From IMG/VR virus record IMGVR_UViG_3300035703_000009, positions 1 through 64,000 of that record: 64,000 nt of DNA; one strand, 5' to 3'. The notes below the pieces were generated by a model, which was not told the DNA's origin, did no database searches, and saw only the letters and a list, made by a program, of their open reading frames with translations. A program made the position numbers and the translations under genes. This document shows, piece by piece, positions 36,102 to 46,204 of this stretch (positions are counted from its first letter, which is position 1; each line of letters starts with the position of its first letter).

Positions 36102-36694
36102 CGATATAGAGTTTCAATGCTCTCATACCTTAAAAAAGAATTAAGGCTTGAATTTGGATTGACTGAAACCATTGAAATCCCTTTACTTTTAAGCAGCTGC
36201 ATATTGAATTTAATCTTTTCAAATCTAGGTAGATACCAATCAGCTCCAACTGAATGGCCGATTTGATTTGAGGAGGAGTTGGATTTTTTCCAAAAATGAC
36301 TGGGGTCTTGCCACTTCAATGAGACTCCAGCAATGTAAAAAATTGAATTTGGAATGTAGTTTGTGTTGAAAAGATCAATTGCGTTTGAAATTGAGTCAGG
36401 AAAGAGTCTCGTATTTTTTCTAGAGTAAACTTTAGTCCATCCTGGTATTTTATTTTTGATGTTCTTTTGTAACCAGTCACTTGAATAAATTGTGGAATTT
36501 CTTTTAAGCTCTTCTAGTTTTTCAGGATAGCGCGAAAGTTCATTTGAAATGATAAGATCAGAAAAAAAGAAATAATTAGGAATAAATTTAAGCCAAATTC
36601 GATTTACACCGAGCGTCACAATGTTTGGATGAATTTTCTCAAAGTCAATTGAATTGATTTGTGGATCGTTACCTAAAACTAAAACTTTAGCCAT
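36098..36694 (-). CDS. sialyltransferase-like (Maf/DUF115/GT42-type) protein
   Basis: VLVLGN.P, TLGVNR, P.Y.FF.D and IAGV pattern. Confidence 0.55.
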   Translation of the reverse strand: MAKVLVLGNDPQINSIDFEKIHPNIVTLGVNRIWLKFIPNYFFFSDLIISNELSRYPEKLEELKRNSTIYSSDWLQKNIKNKIPGWTKVYSRKNTRLFPDSISNAIDLFNTNYIPNSIFYIAGVSLKWQDPSHFWKKSNSSSNQIGHSVGADWYLPRFEKIKFNMQLLKSKGISMVSVNPNSSLNSFLRYESIETLYR

Positions 36695-36986
36695 TCAACC
36701 AGTCTCTAGAGTTCATATTTTTATCGTCAATGAAGACATCATATGCTGGCTTACCAAACTTTAGTTCGTGATACTGGACACCCCAAGTCCTAAGTTGTTG
36801 CTCAGTTAATTGTCTCCAATCGATTCCACTTTTAGTGCCCCTGGCAGTCCAGAAAACGATCTGGTGACCTTCCTCGTATAAAGCATTGACTTTTGCGATT
36901 GCCTGAGGAATCGGAGTCGCAGTTTCATACTTTAGGGACTCAGCTAGAGTGCAGATGGTGTCGTCAATGTCGATGTAGTAGGTCAT
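36687..36986 (-). CDS. capless HAD phosphatase (capsule-biosynthesis type)
   Basis: IDIDDT, WTARG and GKP..DVFIDDK. Confidence 0.85.
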   Translation of the reverse strand: MTYYIDIDDTICTLAESLKYETATPIPQAIAKVNALYEEGHQIVFWTARGTKSGIDWRQLTEQQLRTWGVQYHELKFGKPAYDVFIDDKNMNSRDWLNG

Positions 36987-37266
36987 CTATCTTAATGTTG
37001 TTTTCTTCTTTGAACTTTTCCCAAGCAGCCGCATCCATCATGTCTGGAAAGCGTGAGCCTCCATTGCAAGACTCCTTTACATAGATCTTGCCGGGAAAGG
37101 AACATCCGCAATTGATGCAAAATTCATATACGGCACAGTCATTCTTACAGACCTGTGAACGATAAAAGACTTGCTCTTTTTCGTGCTTAGGCAAGAGGTG
37201 GAACTGGTCGCCCAGCATCTTTAGGTTGCCCTCAATGAACTGGTAGATTTTCTTAGGGGTTATCAT
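36964..37266 (-). CDS. Cys-rich hypothetical protein
   Basis: CxxxC...CxxCGC...C metal-binding pattern. Confidence 0.65.
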   Translation of the reverse strand: MITPKKIYQFIEGNLKMLGDQFHLLPKHEKEQVFYRSQVCKNDCAVYEFCINCGCSFPGKIYVKESCNGGSRFPDMMDAAAWEKFKEENNIKIDDLLHRH

Positions 37267-38153
37267 TTTCCTCTTAATGTTTTTCTTTTGTCAAGTTCAG
37301 ACTTAAGAACTTCTCTGGGGCCGTAACCTCCTCTAGCGCTTTCGATATCACGAATGCTCTTTATCAGCTTAATGAGTCCTTGGGGCTCGACTGAAGCTAT
37401 TTGATCACTGCCCCAAAGAGAACGATCGACTGTGATGTGACGTTCGATCCAGGTGGCTCCAAGCAAAGTTGCAGCAATGGTCGTAGTAAGTCCAAACTCA
37501 TGACCGGAATACCCCACCGCAAATGACTTTGGAAAGTCTTTACCCTTACTGATGTGGCTCAAGTAGGTGATATAGTCGAGATTAAGTTCATGATTTGGAG
37601 CAGGATAAGTAGAGTTAGTATGAAAAACTACATCAGGTCTACATTCAACTACTGCTAAGTCTATTTCCTCTTGTGTGCTCATACCGGTGGAGATAAGGAG
37701 AAAGTCTGAACAGTCTCGTGCGTATTGAATTAGCTCGAGGTCATGGATTAGGGCCGATGGTATTTTCATCATCACTCCCCACTTGCCATTAGGTAAGAGG
37801 GTCTCAAATTTTCGCGCAAAGTCAACTGACTTTTTGTCCCACACTGAGGTAAACCAACGCATTTTTCGAGCTTCGCAATAGTCATCTATTTCCTTGTACT
37901 GTTCATGGGAAAGCTCAATGTCGAGTTTATATTGAAAGTAAGTGGTCGCCTCTTTGCGCCAGGGCACCCTTTTTGTTTTTGACCTTTCCGCTTGAGGAAC
38001 ACACGATTCAGGATCACGTTTTTGAAACTTTACATAATCAACTCCGGAAACTGCCGCAATATCAATAAGTTTTTTTACATTATTGATGAATTCCTTCGTA
38101 GAGGAACCATATGCATAATTTATGCCTATTTCTGCAATTATCGTGGTTTTCAT
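37263..38153 (-). CDS. neuB: N-acetylneuraminate/nonulosonate synthase lacking the C-terminal AFP/SAF domain
   Basis: IIAEIGIN, VKFQKR, KIPSA, ISTGMS, STYP, GYSGHE, IERHIT and GSDQ; start revised to 38153 (ATGA overlap). Confidence 0.92.
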   Translation of the reverse strand: MKTTIIAEIGINYAYGSSTKEFINNVKKLIDIAAVSGVDYVKFQKRDPESCVPQAERSKTKRVPWRKEATTYFQYKLDIELSHEQYKEIDDYCEARKMRWFTSVWDKKSVDFARKFETLLPNGKWGVMMKIPSALIHDLELIQYARDCSDFLLISTGMSTQEEIDLAVVECRPDVVFHTNSTYPAPNHELNLDYITYLSHISKGKDFPKSFAVGYSGHEFGLTTTIAATLLGATWIERHITVDRSLWGSDQIASVEPQGLIKLIKSIRDIESARGGYGPREVLKSELDKRKTLRGK

Positions 38154-39184
38154 GAGTTTACTAGAGAGTTTATCCAAGAAAAAGTTTTTTTCATTCCATC
38201 TACTAAAGGCTGGGAGACTTTCCAACCCATTTTTTCTTCATAAAGTTGGTTGTCTGAATTTCTACCTTTGACTCCAATTGGACACTTGAATCCGTACTTT
38301 TTCTTGAATTCTTCGCCTTCTATATTTTCAATAGAGATATTTTTATTTGAGATTAAGATCGCCATTTCAGCAAGTTGATTAATTGTAACCATCTCTTCAG
38401 AACCGATGTTGACAGGTCCTAAGAATCCATCTTGTCTCATGAATCTAAGAACTGCTTCAACACAATCATCAATGTACAAAAAAGAGCGAGTCTGCATACC
38501 GTCTCCCCAAACTTCTATGATACCTCCGCTCTGGGTTTCTGCTACTTTGCGGCACATTGCAGCGGGAGCCTTTTCCTTACCTCCTTTCCAAGTTCCATAG
38601 GGGCCAAATATGTTATGGAACCTGGCAATTCGCACGTCTAGCCCGTAGTTTCTATGAAAAGCTAAATAAAGTCGCTCACTAAAAAGTTTTTCCCAACCGT
38701 ATTCTGAGTCAGGATTTGCTGGATATGCTGATGACTCTTCACAATTTGGGTTATTTGGATCGAGCTGATTGTGCTCTGGGTACATGCACGCAGAAGAGCT
38801 ATAGAAAATCTTCTTTACTGATTTTTTGACGGCTTCATGTGCAACATTTAAGTTTATTAGAGATGAGTTATGCATTACATTAGCATCGTTATTACCTGTA
38901 AAAATATAACCAGCTCCTCCCATGTCAGCAGCAAGTTGATAAACTTCATCGAAAGATTTTTCTCTGTCCCCTTCAAAAGTTTGATTAGGAGATAACATGA
39001 CACAACTTACAAACTTAGGGTCTCTAAGATCACCTAAAATAAACTCATCACAAAAATCATCTTTATCAAAGTACTCATGAACTTTAATGTCAACTGCTCT
39101 GACCCAAAAGCCTTCTTCCTTTAATTTTTTAGCCAGGTGGCCTCCTATGAAGCCTCCTCCACCAAGTACTAGTGCCTTTTTCAT
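38150..39184 (-). CDS. NAD-dependent epimerase, GDP-mannose 3,5-epimerase-like
   Basis: GGGGFIG, QLAADMGGAGYI, YSSSACMYPE, YGWEK, RFHNIFGP and EKAPAAMCRK. Confidence 0.88.
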   Translation of the reverse strand: MKKALVLGGGGFIGGHLAKKLKEEGFWVRAVDIKVHEYFDKDDFCDEFILGDLRDPKFVSCVMLSPNQTFEGDREKSFDEVYQLAADMGGAGYIFTGNNDANVMHNSSLINLNVAHEAVKKSVKKIFYSSSACMYPEHNQLDPNNPNCEESSAYPANPDSEYGWEKLFSERLYLAFHRNYGLDVRIARFHNIFGPYGTWKGGKEKAPAAMCRKVAETQSGGIIEVWGDGMQTRSFLYIDDCVEAVLRFMRQDGFLGPVNIGSEEMVTINQLAEMAILISNKNISIENIEGEEFKKKYGFKCPIGVKGRNSDNQLYEEKMGWKVSQPLVDGMKKTFSWINSLVNS

Positions 39185-39921
39185 AATTTTCTTTTATTTT
39201 TTTCAAAAATTTTGTCTCCTGGAAAGGAGGCTGTATTTATGAATCCTTTTTGAGTTAAGAAAGCCATCATTTCATCTAGTGAATTTCCTGCCTGAACCGT
39301 ATGCTTTTGGTCCCACTCAATTATAAGAGTAAGGTTATTTGCTTTTTCTAAAAAATCGCTCATACCTTTTAATACATTCATCTCAAACCCTTGAACATCA
39401 ATTTTTATTAACCCAATATCGTAACTTGGATTTTCAAGTAAAAACGTGTCTAATTTTTTACAGACAACTTGCTCAGTAATGTAATTTTTAGAATTCATAT
39501 TAGAGATCGCAACCTCTTTGTTAAAGGAAGCATTGTCTGAGCAATAAGGAATGAATATTTCTTGAGTAGTATCAGAATCAAATAGAGCAAAGTTTAGAAT
39601 TTGCATGTTTTTACAAGAGTTTGCACTTTTACTCTGCTCTAACAATGAAACATTCATACTAAGCGGCTCAACTGATAGTACGGAATAACCATATTTTTCA
39701 GCAGGTATTGAAAACATTCCGCAATTTGCACCAACATCTAACACAGACCTAGATTTATCCATTTTTCTTACAAGATTAAGCATCATAGTGTAATCCTTCA
39801 TCTCATTGAGGTTTGTTCTAGCTTTTATTTTATAGTCAGTGACAAAATAGTCAAAATTAAAGATTACGTATTCAAAATTAGCGTTTTTAAAAATAAATCT
39901 TTCAGGTTTAGTAGAAATCAT
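39181..39921 (-). CDS. FkbM-family methyltransferase
   Basis: LDVGANCG, VEP and IKIDVQGFE. Confidence 0.85.
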   Translation of the reverse strand: MISTKPERFIFKNANFEYVIFNFDYFVTDYKIKARTNLNEMKDYTMMLNLVRKMDKSRSVLDVGANCGMFSIPAEKYGYSVLSVEPLSMNVSLLEQSKSANSCKNMQILNFALFDSDTTQEIFIPYCSDNASFNKEVAISNMNSKNYITEQVVCKKLDTFLLENPSYDIGLIKIDVQGFEMNVLKGMSDFLEKANNLTLIIEWDQKHTVQAGNSLDEMMAFLTQKGFINTASFPGDKIFEKNKRKL

Positions 39922-39932
39922 GAGCGTTTAGA

Positions 39933-40715
39933 TTATTTGAAGTAAGAATCATAATTAAAATCAGATAACTTATTTGAATAGTAATGAGGTCCTATTATTT
40001 TTAAGAATGCGTTTTGGTCCTTGATTCCACCGTCAGTGTCGCTAGCATTAGTCAACTGATTAGCCATACCGGGAGTAAATGAATAGCAGTTTAACGAAGG
40101 CTCAATTAGTATGAATGAGTGATCTATTGCTCGAGATCGGTGCACACACGCGTCCAGTAACTCTACTATTTTAGGTATTGAACTTGGATTAATTAAATAT
40201 GAGTGGCCGCAAAAAGAACCATATACTCGGTGTATGTACTTGATTCCAGTTAACTCATAATCCCCTCCTTTATTCCAACGACTGGGATCATTGTTTAGAT
40301 GATAAAAAGAAGAAAGGAAAAATATGTCCCAATCTAGGTTAAATTTTTCTTCAATGTACTTAAATCTTTCGTTAAAATCTTCGCAGAGAATGACATCATC
40401 TTCAAATATTCCAAGTATCTTATCACTGCTAGTATCGTATTCTTTAATTAGAGTGTAGTGGGAGCGATAGCATTTTTTCTGTCCTTCAGAAAAGGCTGAA
40501 CTAAATGGTATGCTGCAGCCAGATAAGTCTTCGTACGCTCTAAATTTTTTAGCATCGATGTTATGCTTTTTTAATTCAGAATTAACGTGGGCAAGTCTGT
40601 CTACTCTTCTGTCTAAATTTATGAAATAGAAGTCAATGTTCTTTCTTTCTATTTTTAAGAAGGTTTTTGTGTGAGCCATATACTTATGTATTATTTTTGT
40701 CTTATTTTTATCCAT
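39933..40715 (-). CDS. GT25 glycosyltransferase
   Basis: INLDRRVDR, CYRSH and IFEDD. Confidence 0.82.
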   Translation of the reverse strand: MDKNKTKIIHKYMAHTKTFLKIERKNIDFYFINLDRRVDRLAHVNSELKKHNIDAKKFRAYEDLSGCSIPFSSAFSEGQKKCYRSHYTLIKEYDTSSDKILGIFEDDVILCEDFNERFKYIEEKFNLDWDIFFLSSFYHLNNDPSRWNKGGDYELTGIKYIHRVYGSFCGHSYLINPSSIPKIVELLDACVHRSRAIDHSFILIEPSLNCYSFTPGMANQLTNASDTDGGIKDQNAFLKIIGPHYYSNKLSDFNYDSYFK

Positions 40716-41530
40716 CTTTCTGGAGTCAAAGCATTAGTATCAAAGCTTTGATAGTCTGGTCCAAACCACTCATCTGGATAAGGACAGTAAACAAGCTTAT
40801 CCGTAGATTTTGATAAATATGCAGCCCACCATGAAAAAGTACTGTTTGCAATAATGAAGTGGTCACACAAAGACTGAGCTATGAAGTCACTAATATAATC
40901 ATCGCTATAGTCAAAATAAGTAATAGGTTTTTGATATTTTTCAAATTTTCCAAATATGAATTCTTTAGTATCTTCATTATCAGTAAAGATGCATATTTCA
41001 TCGATGCTTTTTTTAGATAAAATGTCTTCTATACTTCTTTGATAGTATTCTAAAGTAAGAACTGGGTGTCTATGCTCGACACCTTTATGCCCTCCTCCAA
41101 ATTTACGATCATACTGATCACCCCAGCGTATGTGAATCGAAAGTTTCTTTGAGTTCTGATTCATTTTACTATTAACCTTTTCTATAATAGTTGGGTCAAA
41201 GACCAAATACTCAAGTACTTTTTTTTCATAATCATCAAAAAACAAAGAGGACTGAAAATATCCTACTATTTCTACTAATTTATCACTAGTTGGAATATTG
41301 TGGATTCCAAATTTAGATTCCTTATGAGTCAGTGAAATATTTGACTTTATTTTGACAGAGGAACGTGTAGGTAGATTTGGAAAAAGCTTTGCGTGCTCCC
41401 ACTCAGATGGAACAAAAAAGCTACTGTTGTTCTTAATTGCTTGACCAATAATAGTCGCAACTCTAAACAATTGATTGCCAAGGCGTCCATGACGATGGTC
41501 TAATATTTGCAAAGTAGTGAAACCTTTCAT
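40691..41530 (-). CDS. GT11 alpha-1,2-fucosyltransferase-like
   Basis: GRLGNQLF, GYFQS, HIRWGD and IIANSTFSWWAAYL. Confidence 0.9.
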   Translation of the reverse strand: MKGFTTLQILDHRHGRLGNQLFRVATIIGQAIKNNSSFFVPSEWEHAKLFPNLPTRSSVKIKSNISLTHKESKFGIHNIPTSDKLVEIVGYFQSSLFFDDYEKKVLEYLVFDPTIIEKVNSKMNQNSKKLSIHIRWGDQYDRKFGGGHKGVEHRHPVLTLEYYQRSIEDILSKKSIDEICIFTDNEDTKEFIFGKFEKYQKPITYFDYSDDYISDFIAQSLCDHFIIANSTFSWWAAYLSKSTDKLVYCPYPDEWFGPDYQSFDTNALTPERWIKIRQK

Positions 41531-41546
41531 ATTTAAAAATTGTTTT

Positions 41547-42464
41547 TTATGAGTTTTGTACTACACTAGACTCAATGAGTTTAGACGGAAGCATTATTTT
41601 CGGTTCACTGAAACTTGCACTTTTAAAAAATTTATCATTATAATTGATAGTGTTTCGAGTAAGTGTGTGATGAAAGATTCCATCGTAATAGCTTTGGCTA
41701 TGATATACACTAGCTACATAGCTAAGAGAACTCTTTGACATTATGAATGCATCTGATTTGATTATTCTATCTAGCGTTTTTACAGGGTGCTCATCTAAAT
41801 GAAAAAATACTTTTCCATGCGCATTAAGTTCATTAAAATATTGAAAATCTAAAATGTCACCTTGAGAGTAAATATGAAATTGAATATTTTTATTAGTGGG
41901 CATGATTTCTTTAACGAAGTCAATGGAGCCGTTAGGAATATTGGGGTAATAATATCTACGCCATTCGGAGAAATCAGTGTCCTCGTCAGTAGCTCGTCTA
42001 ACATGAATAGAAATAATGAAATCTGAATTTTCTTCTCTTGGGTATTTTTTAATTAACTCTTCTTGAATATTGTTTAATAGAAAAATGTTATGGTCAGTTA
42101 GTGTCTTTAGATCTGCCCAGTGAAGATTAACTATTGATTTTTCTAAAGAGGAAGGATTATATATTAAAGTGTCTAACAATTCATATACACTCAGCTCTAC
42201 TACAGGAAGCGAATCAGACTCAGTAATCGAGTCTCTTAATAAAAAATCTCGAGTATATTCAAAAAAATGAAGATCCCATTCTTCTTGAGAAAAATTAAAT
42301 TTTTGAATGTGTCCAACGTTTTTCATTGGAGTTAATAAAAAATCAACTCCATAGTGTTTAGCCAATGCATAGCCGCCTAATTGAAGTTGAAAGGCAGAAC
42401 CAAAACCTTCGTTGTGTCCAGGAAGGTATAAATTTGAACAATCTATCTCACATTTTATTATCAT
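41547..42464 (-). CDS. GT11/GT23-like GDP-sugar transferase
   Basis: EGFGSAFQ, IHVRR, FHIYSQG and MSKSSLSY. Confidence 0.65.
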   Translation of the reverse strand: MIIKCEIDCSNLYLPGHNEGFGSAFQLQLGGYALAKHYGVDFLLTPMKNVGHIQKFNFSQEEWDLHFFEYTRDFLLRDSITESDSLPVVELSVYELLDTLIYNPSSLEKSIVNLHWADLKTLTDHNIFLLNNIQEELIKKYPREENSDFIISIHVRRATDEDTDFSEWRRYYYPNIPNGSIDFVKEIMPTNKNIQFHIYSQGDILDFQYFNELNAHGKVFFHLDEHPVKTLDRIIKSDAFIMSKSSLSYVASVYHSQSYYDGIFHHTLTRNTINYNDKFFKSASFSEPKIMLPSKLIESSVVQNS

Positions 42465-43171
42465 TACATTCCTCCAGTAAAATTTGAAAAATCTTTATTT
42501 AAAATTATATTATTCTGAAAACGAAGATTTCCATCAAAAGTTTGATAAAAAGTAAAATTTTGAGTTTTCATAAAATCTAATATTTCTTCTCTAGAAGAAG
42601 CATTTTCATACTGATATCGACAATCGTCTTCCATGTCCAAAAATTGAACTCTACGCAAATGTGGACCTAAACTCTTTGTAATATCTAAATCTTTTCCTTG
42701 AGCATCTATTTTTATTAATTCGATGTGTTCATATACTAGTGAGTCCAATAACATCTTAAGAGAAAAGGTTTCCACGTCAATTTCGCAATCTATTTCACAC
42801 TCTGGAATATTTTGCAATTTTGGAGTCAATAGACTAGAACAGCCAACATTTCCACTAAGAAGGTAAAATTTACTTTCACGTAAGGTGTCAACATTATCAC
42901 AAGCACCAATTATATGATAATAGTTTTCTTTTTGTTCATTTTCTTTAAATACATCTAATATGTTCCAGGTTTTTCCATCCCACTCATTTATTCCATCCAA
43001 ACAATAAGGATTAGGTTCGATTCCAATTACAAAAATATTTTTGACATTAGAGAACCACTGACGTGTGACTGGAGCGCTTATTGACGTGCCTATGTCAAAT
43101 CGCAATTTTTTATTTTTTAACTTTGAATTTAGTAATTTAAAATCACAATTTGAAAATTTACTAAAATTCAT
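42464..43171 (-). CDS. FkbM-family methyltransferase
   Basis: DIG, GIEPNP and IKIDAQGKD. Confidence 0.8.
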   Translation of the reverse strand: MNFSKFSNCDFKLLNSKLKNKKLRFDIGTSISAPVTRQWFSNVKNIFVIGIEPNPYCLDGINEWDGKTWNILDVFKENEQKENYYHIIGACDNVDTLRESKFYLLSGNVGCSSLLTPKLQNIPECEIDCEIDVETFSLKMLLDSLVYEHIELIKIDAQGKDLDITKSLGPHLRRVQFLDMEDDCRYQYENASSREEILDFMKTQNFTFYQTFDGNLRFQNNIILNKDFSNFTGGM

Positions 43172-43809
43172 TTTGTAAAAATATAATTTTCTCCATCAAA
43201 AACTTCTTTTTCAAAATATCCTATTGACTCCAAGTAATTTTTAGCATCTTGAATAGTATGACCTCGCTTTTCAAGAGCGTGATTGAGCTCTATGATAATT
43301 AAAGGAGACTGCTCTCTTAAAAACTTTTCACCGCCTAAGAGCACTTCATAATCATAGGAGTCAACATCAATTTTTATTAAGTCTATTTTTTTTCCAATTT
43401 GTTCAACAAAAGAATTTAGAGTTATGAAATCATGTTCGCGATCATCAGTTATACCTTGAGACCAAACTTTAAAAATTTTATCTAGTTTAAGGCCATCTTC
43501 TTTTCCAAGAGGTCTATTAATTAGAATTACGTTCTCTTTACAGTCATTGTATGCCAAGTTTTTCTCTAACATATCGACAATATCAGTAGGTTCAAATGCA
43601 TAAACTGTTCCTTTTGATGCAAGTTTAGAAAAAGGAATTGTGTACATTCCTATGTTTGCACCTGCGTCTATGATATTAAATTCAGGCTTTACGTAAGAAT
43701 GTATAAACTTTTTAGTGGAAATCTCAGCAGAAGAAAACCAGCCGGCGTCACATTCGTTATATGATGGAAAAGAATATGAAATTTCTGAAGTATATTGAAT
43801 TGAGATCAT
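43168..43809 (-). CDS. FkbM-family methyltransferase
   Basis: IDAGANIG, AFEP and IKIDVDSYD. Confidence 0.85.
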   Translation of the reverse strand: MISIQYTSEISYSFPSYNECDAGWFSSAEISTKKFIHSYVKPEFNIIDAGANIGMYTIPFSKLASKGTVYAFEPTDIVDMLEKNLAYNDCKENVILINRPLGKEDGLKLDKIFKVWSQGITDDREHDFITLNSFVEQIGKKIDLIKIDVDSYDYEVLLGGEKFLREQSPLIIIELNHALEKRGHTIQDAKNYLESIGYFEKEVFDGENYIFTK

Positions 43810-44366
43810 AGTTGTGGGGTTATGTAAGCTACACCGCTATTTGTGAGGCTAGACGTGCTAAAGGTTACAGTATAATTAAGTTTTCCATAAATTTCATCTA
43901 GCGAGTTGTTCACGTAGCTCAAATTAAGAGGTTGGCCTCGATAGATATCGTATCCGAACTTAGGATTTTCATTTTCATCAGGAACAAAAAAATCATGAAT
44001 AGCAATAACTGGGATTATTTGCTTTTTTTTAATCTCAAAAAGTTCATCTAAAAGAGGCCAGTACTCTTCCCAATGCGCATCTAAAAAGAAAAAAGTATTT
44101 GAAGTTAAGGATTTGCTGCGTATAATTTCTGGGCTATTTCCTAAAATTAGCTCACAATTTGTAATCTCTTTTAAAGTCTGTTCAGCTATCTTGTAGTTTT
44201 GCAAATCATTTTCTACTGTAAAAACCTTGGAAAAATACGGCGCAACTATCCTGGCAGATTCTCCAAGATAAGATCCAGTTTCAAAAAAAACATCTATTTT
44301 GTATTTTTTGGATAAGTTAATAGTCCACTCTAATAGTTGAGGATCTGAATACGCAGGTCTAGTCAT
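43806..44366 (-). CDS. class I SAM-dependent methyltransferase-like protein
   Basis: FFETGSYLG, GNS, FFLDAH and IHD. Confidence 0.75.
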   Translation of the reverse strand: MTRPAYSDPQLLEWTINLSKKYKIDVFFETGSYLGESARIVAPYFSKVFTVENDLQNYKIAEQTLKEITNCELILGNSPEIIRSKSLTSNTFFFLDAHWEEYWPLLDELFEIKKKQIIPVIAIHDFFVPDENENPKFGYDIYRGQPLNLSYVNNSLDEIYGKLNYTVTFSTSSLTNSGVAYITPQL

Positions 44367-44376
44367 CGTAGTTCAT

Positions 44377-45138
44377 TTATTTTTTAAACACTGGGATGTT
44401 TTGCATCTTGTGTGAATTTTGAGTGTTAAAACTTCGGTAAATCCCTATTACTTCTTTTTCTCTAGCTGAAAGCTTGTCCAGATCAGCGGCAGTAAAATAA
44501 GGATTTTTTTCTAAAAACTGCATAGCCCATTCAAGTTCAGCATAGGAAGCACCTATTTGATCTTCATCGCTTCGTCCGTCTTCCCAGAGTCCATCAGTTG
44601 GTTTTGCTTTAATAATTGATCTAGATATTCCCAAATCTTCCCCTAGCTCCCATACCTCAGTTTTTAATAAATCAGCAATAGGGCTAATATCTACTCCTCC
44701 ATCTCCATATTTTGTAAAGAAACCGACTCCAAAGTCTTCTACTTTGTTGCCTGTTCCAACAACCAGCCCATGATTCTCAGTAGCGATTTGATAGAGAGTC
44801 ATCATTCTGAGTCTTGACCTAGAGTTAGCCAACGCAAGTTTGTTATCTTTTGTAAACAACGACTTAAAATTTTCAAAAACTTGGGTAAGATTCAACTCAA
44901 TTGATTCAACATTTGAGAAGTTGCTCTTTAACCAAGAAATGTGTTCATCTGCTCTAGTTAACTGATCTGGCGCTTGATGAATAGGCATGCTTACAACAAT
45001 GGTTTTTATTCCGGTCATTGCACAAAGAGTAGAAACAACGGCAGAGTCTATTCCTCCAGAAACTCCTATAATAAATGTTTTAAGATTAGCCGATTTTAAA
45101 TAATCATTCAACCACTTTGAAATTTGTTGTTGTAACAT
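44377..45138 (-). CDS. nadE: NH3-dependent NAD+ synthetase
   Basis: GVSGGIDS, NSRSRLRM, GTGNKVE, GFFTKYGDGG, PTDGLW and DEDQIG. Confidence 0.93.
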   Translation of the reverse strand: MLQQQISKWLNDYLKSANLKTFIIGVSGGIDSAVVSTLCAMTGIKTIVVSMPIHQAPDQLTRADEHISWLKSNFSNVESIELNLTQVFENFKSLFTKDNKLALANSRSRLRMMTLYQIATENHGLVVGTGNKVEDFGVGFFTKYGDGGVDISPIADLLKTEVWELGEDLGISRSIIKAKPTDGLWEDGRSDEDQIGASYAELEWAMQFLEKNPYFTAADLDKLSAREKEVIGIYRSFNTQNSHKMQNIPVFKK

Positions 45139-46204
45139 TCTTGATTTGATTTTTTACTTCTTCTCGATTATCTAATACTAACACTTCATATCCAAGTTCT
45201 GCTAAAGCTACTGCGTATTTTAGCTGTTGAGACTCCTCAATTAAGGTACTTTCTGCCTTATATGTAACGTATGGTAACTCTACTTTAATTGATTTATCGG
45301 GATTAGCTTTAATAAAGTCCTCGATTTGATATTGTAAATGTTTTTCATTCATTTCATCGGTTGCTTTAGAGATTACTGCATCGATTCCTACTTCTTCGCC
45401 ACACTTAGCTAGTGCTCTATTATCCCTAGGAAAACAGGGACCTCCGAATCCAAAACCAGGTCTTAAATATTTGTTTCCAATTCTTGAGTCAGTTCCGATC
45501 GCCTTTAAAACGACATCTGCATTGCACTCTAGTCTTTTTGCAATATCGCCGACCATGTTTGCAAAACTGATCTTGGTTGTCAAAAAGCAGTTTACTGAAA
45601 GTTTAGTCAATTCAGCTTCGGTGCAGCTCATCCTATTAAAAATTGGGCTAGAATCACACAGTCTTTCGTAAACTTGCTGTATACGATTGCCTGCATCAAG
45701 GTCAGCTTGCCCAATCAATACGTTATCACAATTTAGTTGATCTTTAATGATTGTGCCTTGTGCTATAAATTCTGGATTATAGGAGACTTTATAATTGTAT
45801 TCAGATAGCTTATTTTGAAGAGTCTCGCAATATCCAGGAAAGGTGGTACAATTTATTATTAAGTCTTTTCTTGTTTCTTGTTTTCCAAAAGAGATTAGCT
45901 TTTCTGCAATCTGCTCTATTTGTGAATGGTCATATTTCCAATCGTTAGTTGAAGGAGTTCTGACCACAACAAAAATGAGATTACTCTCTAGCGCTCTTTC
46001 CAAATTAGTTGTAAATTCTACATTTTTAGATTCAATCAAAAATTCATTTACGTATGGTTCTGATGTTCGAAAAGACTTTGAAGAAAGAGCATCTATGTAA
46101 TCTTGAGAAACATCTACGCCTAGTACAAAATATCCTTTTCTCTCTAAATTTAAAGCTAAACATAAGCCAAGTTTACCTACTCCGATTATCGAAATTTTGT
46201 TCAT
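45104..46204 (-). CDS. ugd: UDP-glucose/GDP-mannose 6-dehydrogenase
   Basis: GVGKLG, YNPEF, KISFAN and GFGGPCFPRD. Confidence 0.9.
   Translation of the reverse strand: MNKISIIGVGKLGLCLALNLERKGYFVLGVDVSQDYIDALSSKSFRTSEPYVNEFLIESKNVEFTTNLERALESNLIFVVVRTPSTNDWKYDHSQIEQIAEKLISFGKQETRKDLIINCTTFPGYCETLQNKLSEYNYKVSYNPEFIAQGTIIKDQLNCDNVLIGQADLDAGNRIQQVYERLCDSSPIFNRMSCTEAELTKLSVNCFLTTKISFANMVGDIAKRLECNADVVLKAIGTDSRIGNKYLRPGFGFGGPCFPRDNRALAKCGEEVGIDAVISKATDEMNEKHLQYQIEDFIKANPDKSIKVELPYVTYKAESTLIEESQQLKYAVALAELGYEVLVLDNREEVKNQIKNVTTTNFKVVE

Noticed and set aside
37263-38225. Longer N-terminal extensions in the ORF track for neuB (also 2689, 7768, 16565, 18735, 35628)
   Set aside because: Extensions overlap neighbouring genes or promoters; downstream ATGs fit the family N-termini and translational coupling.
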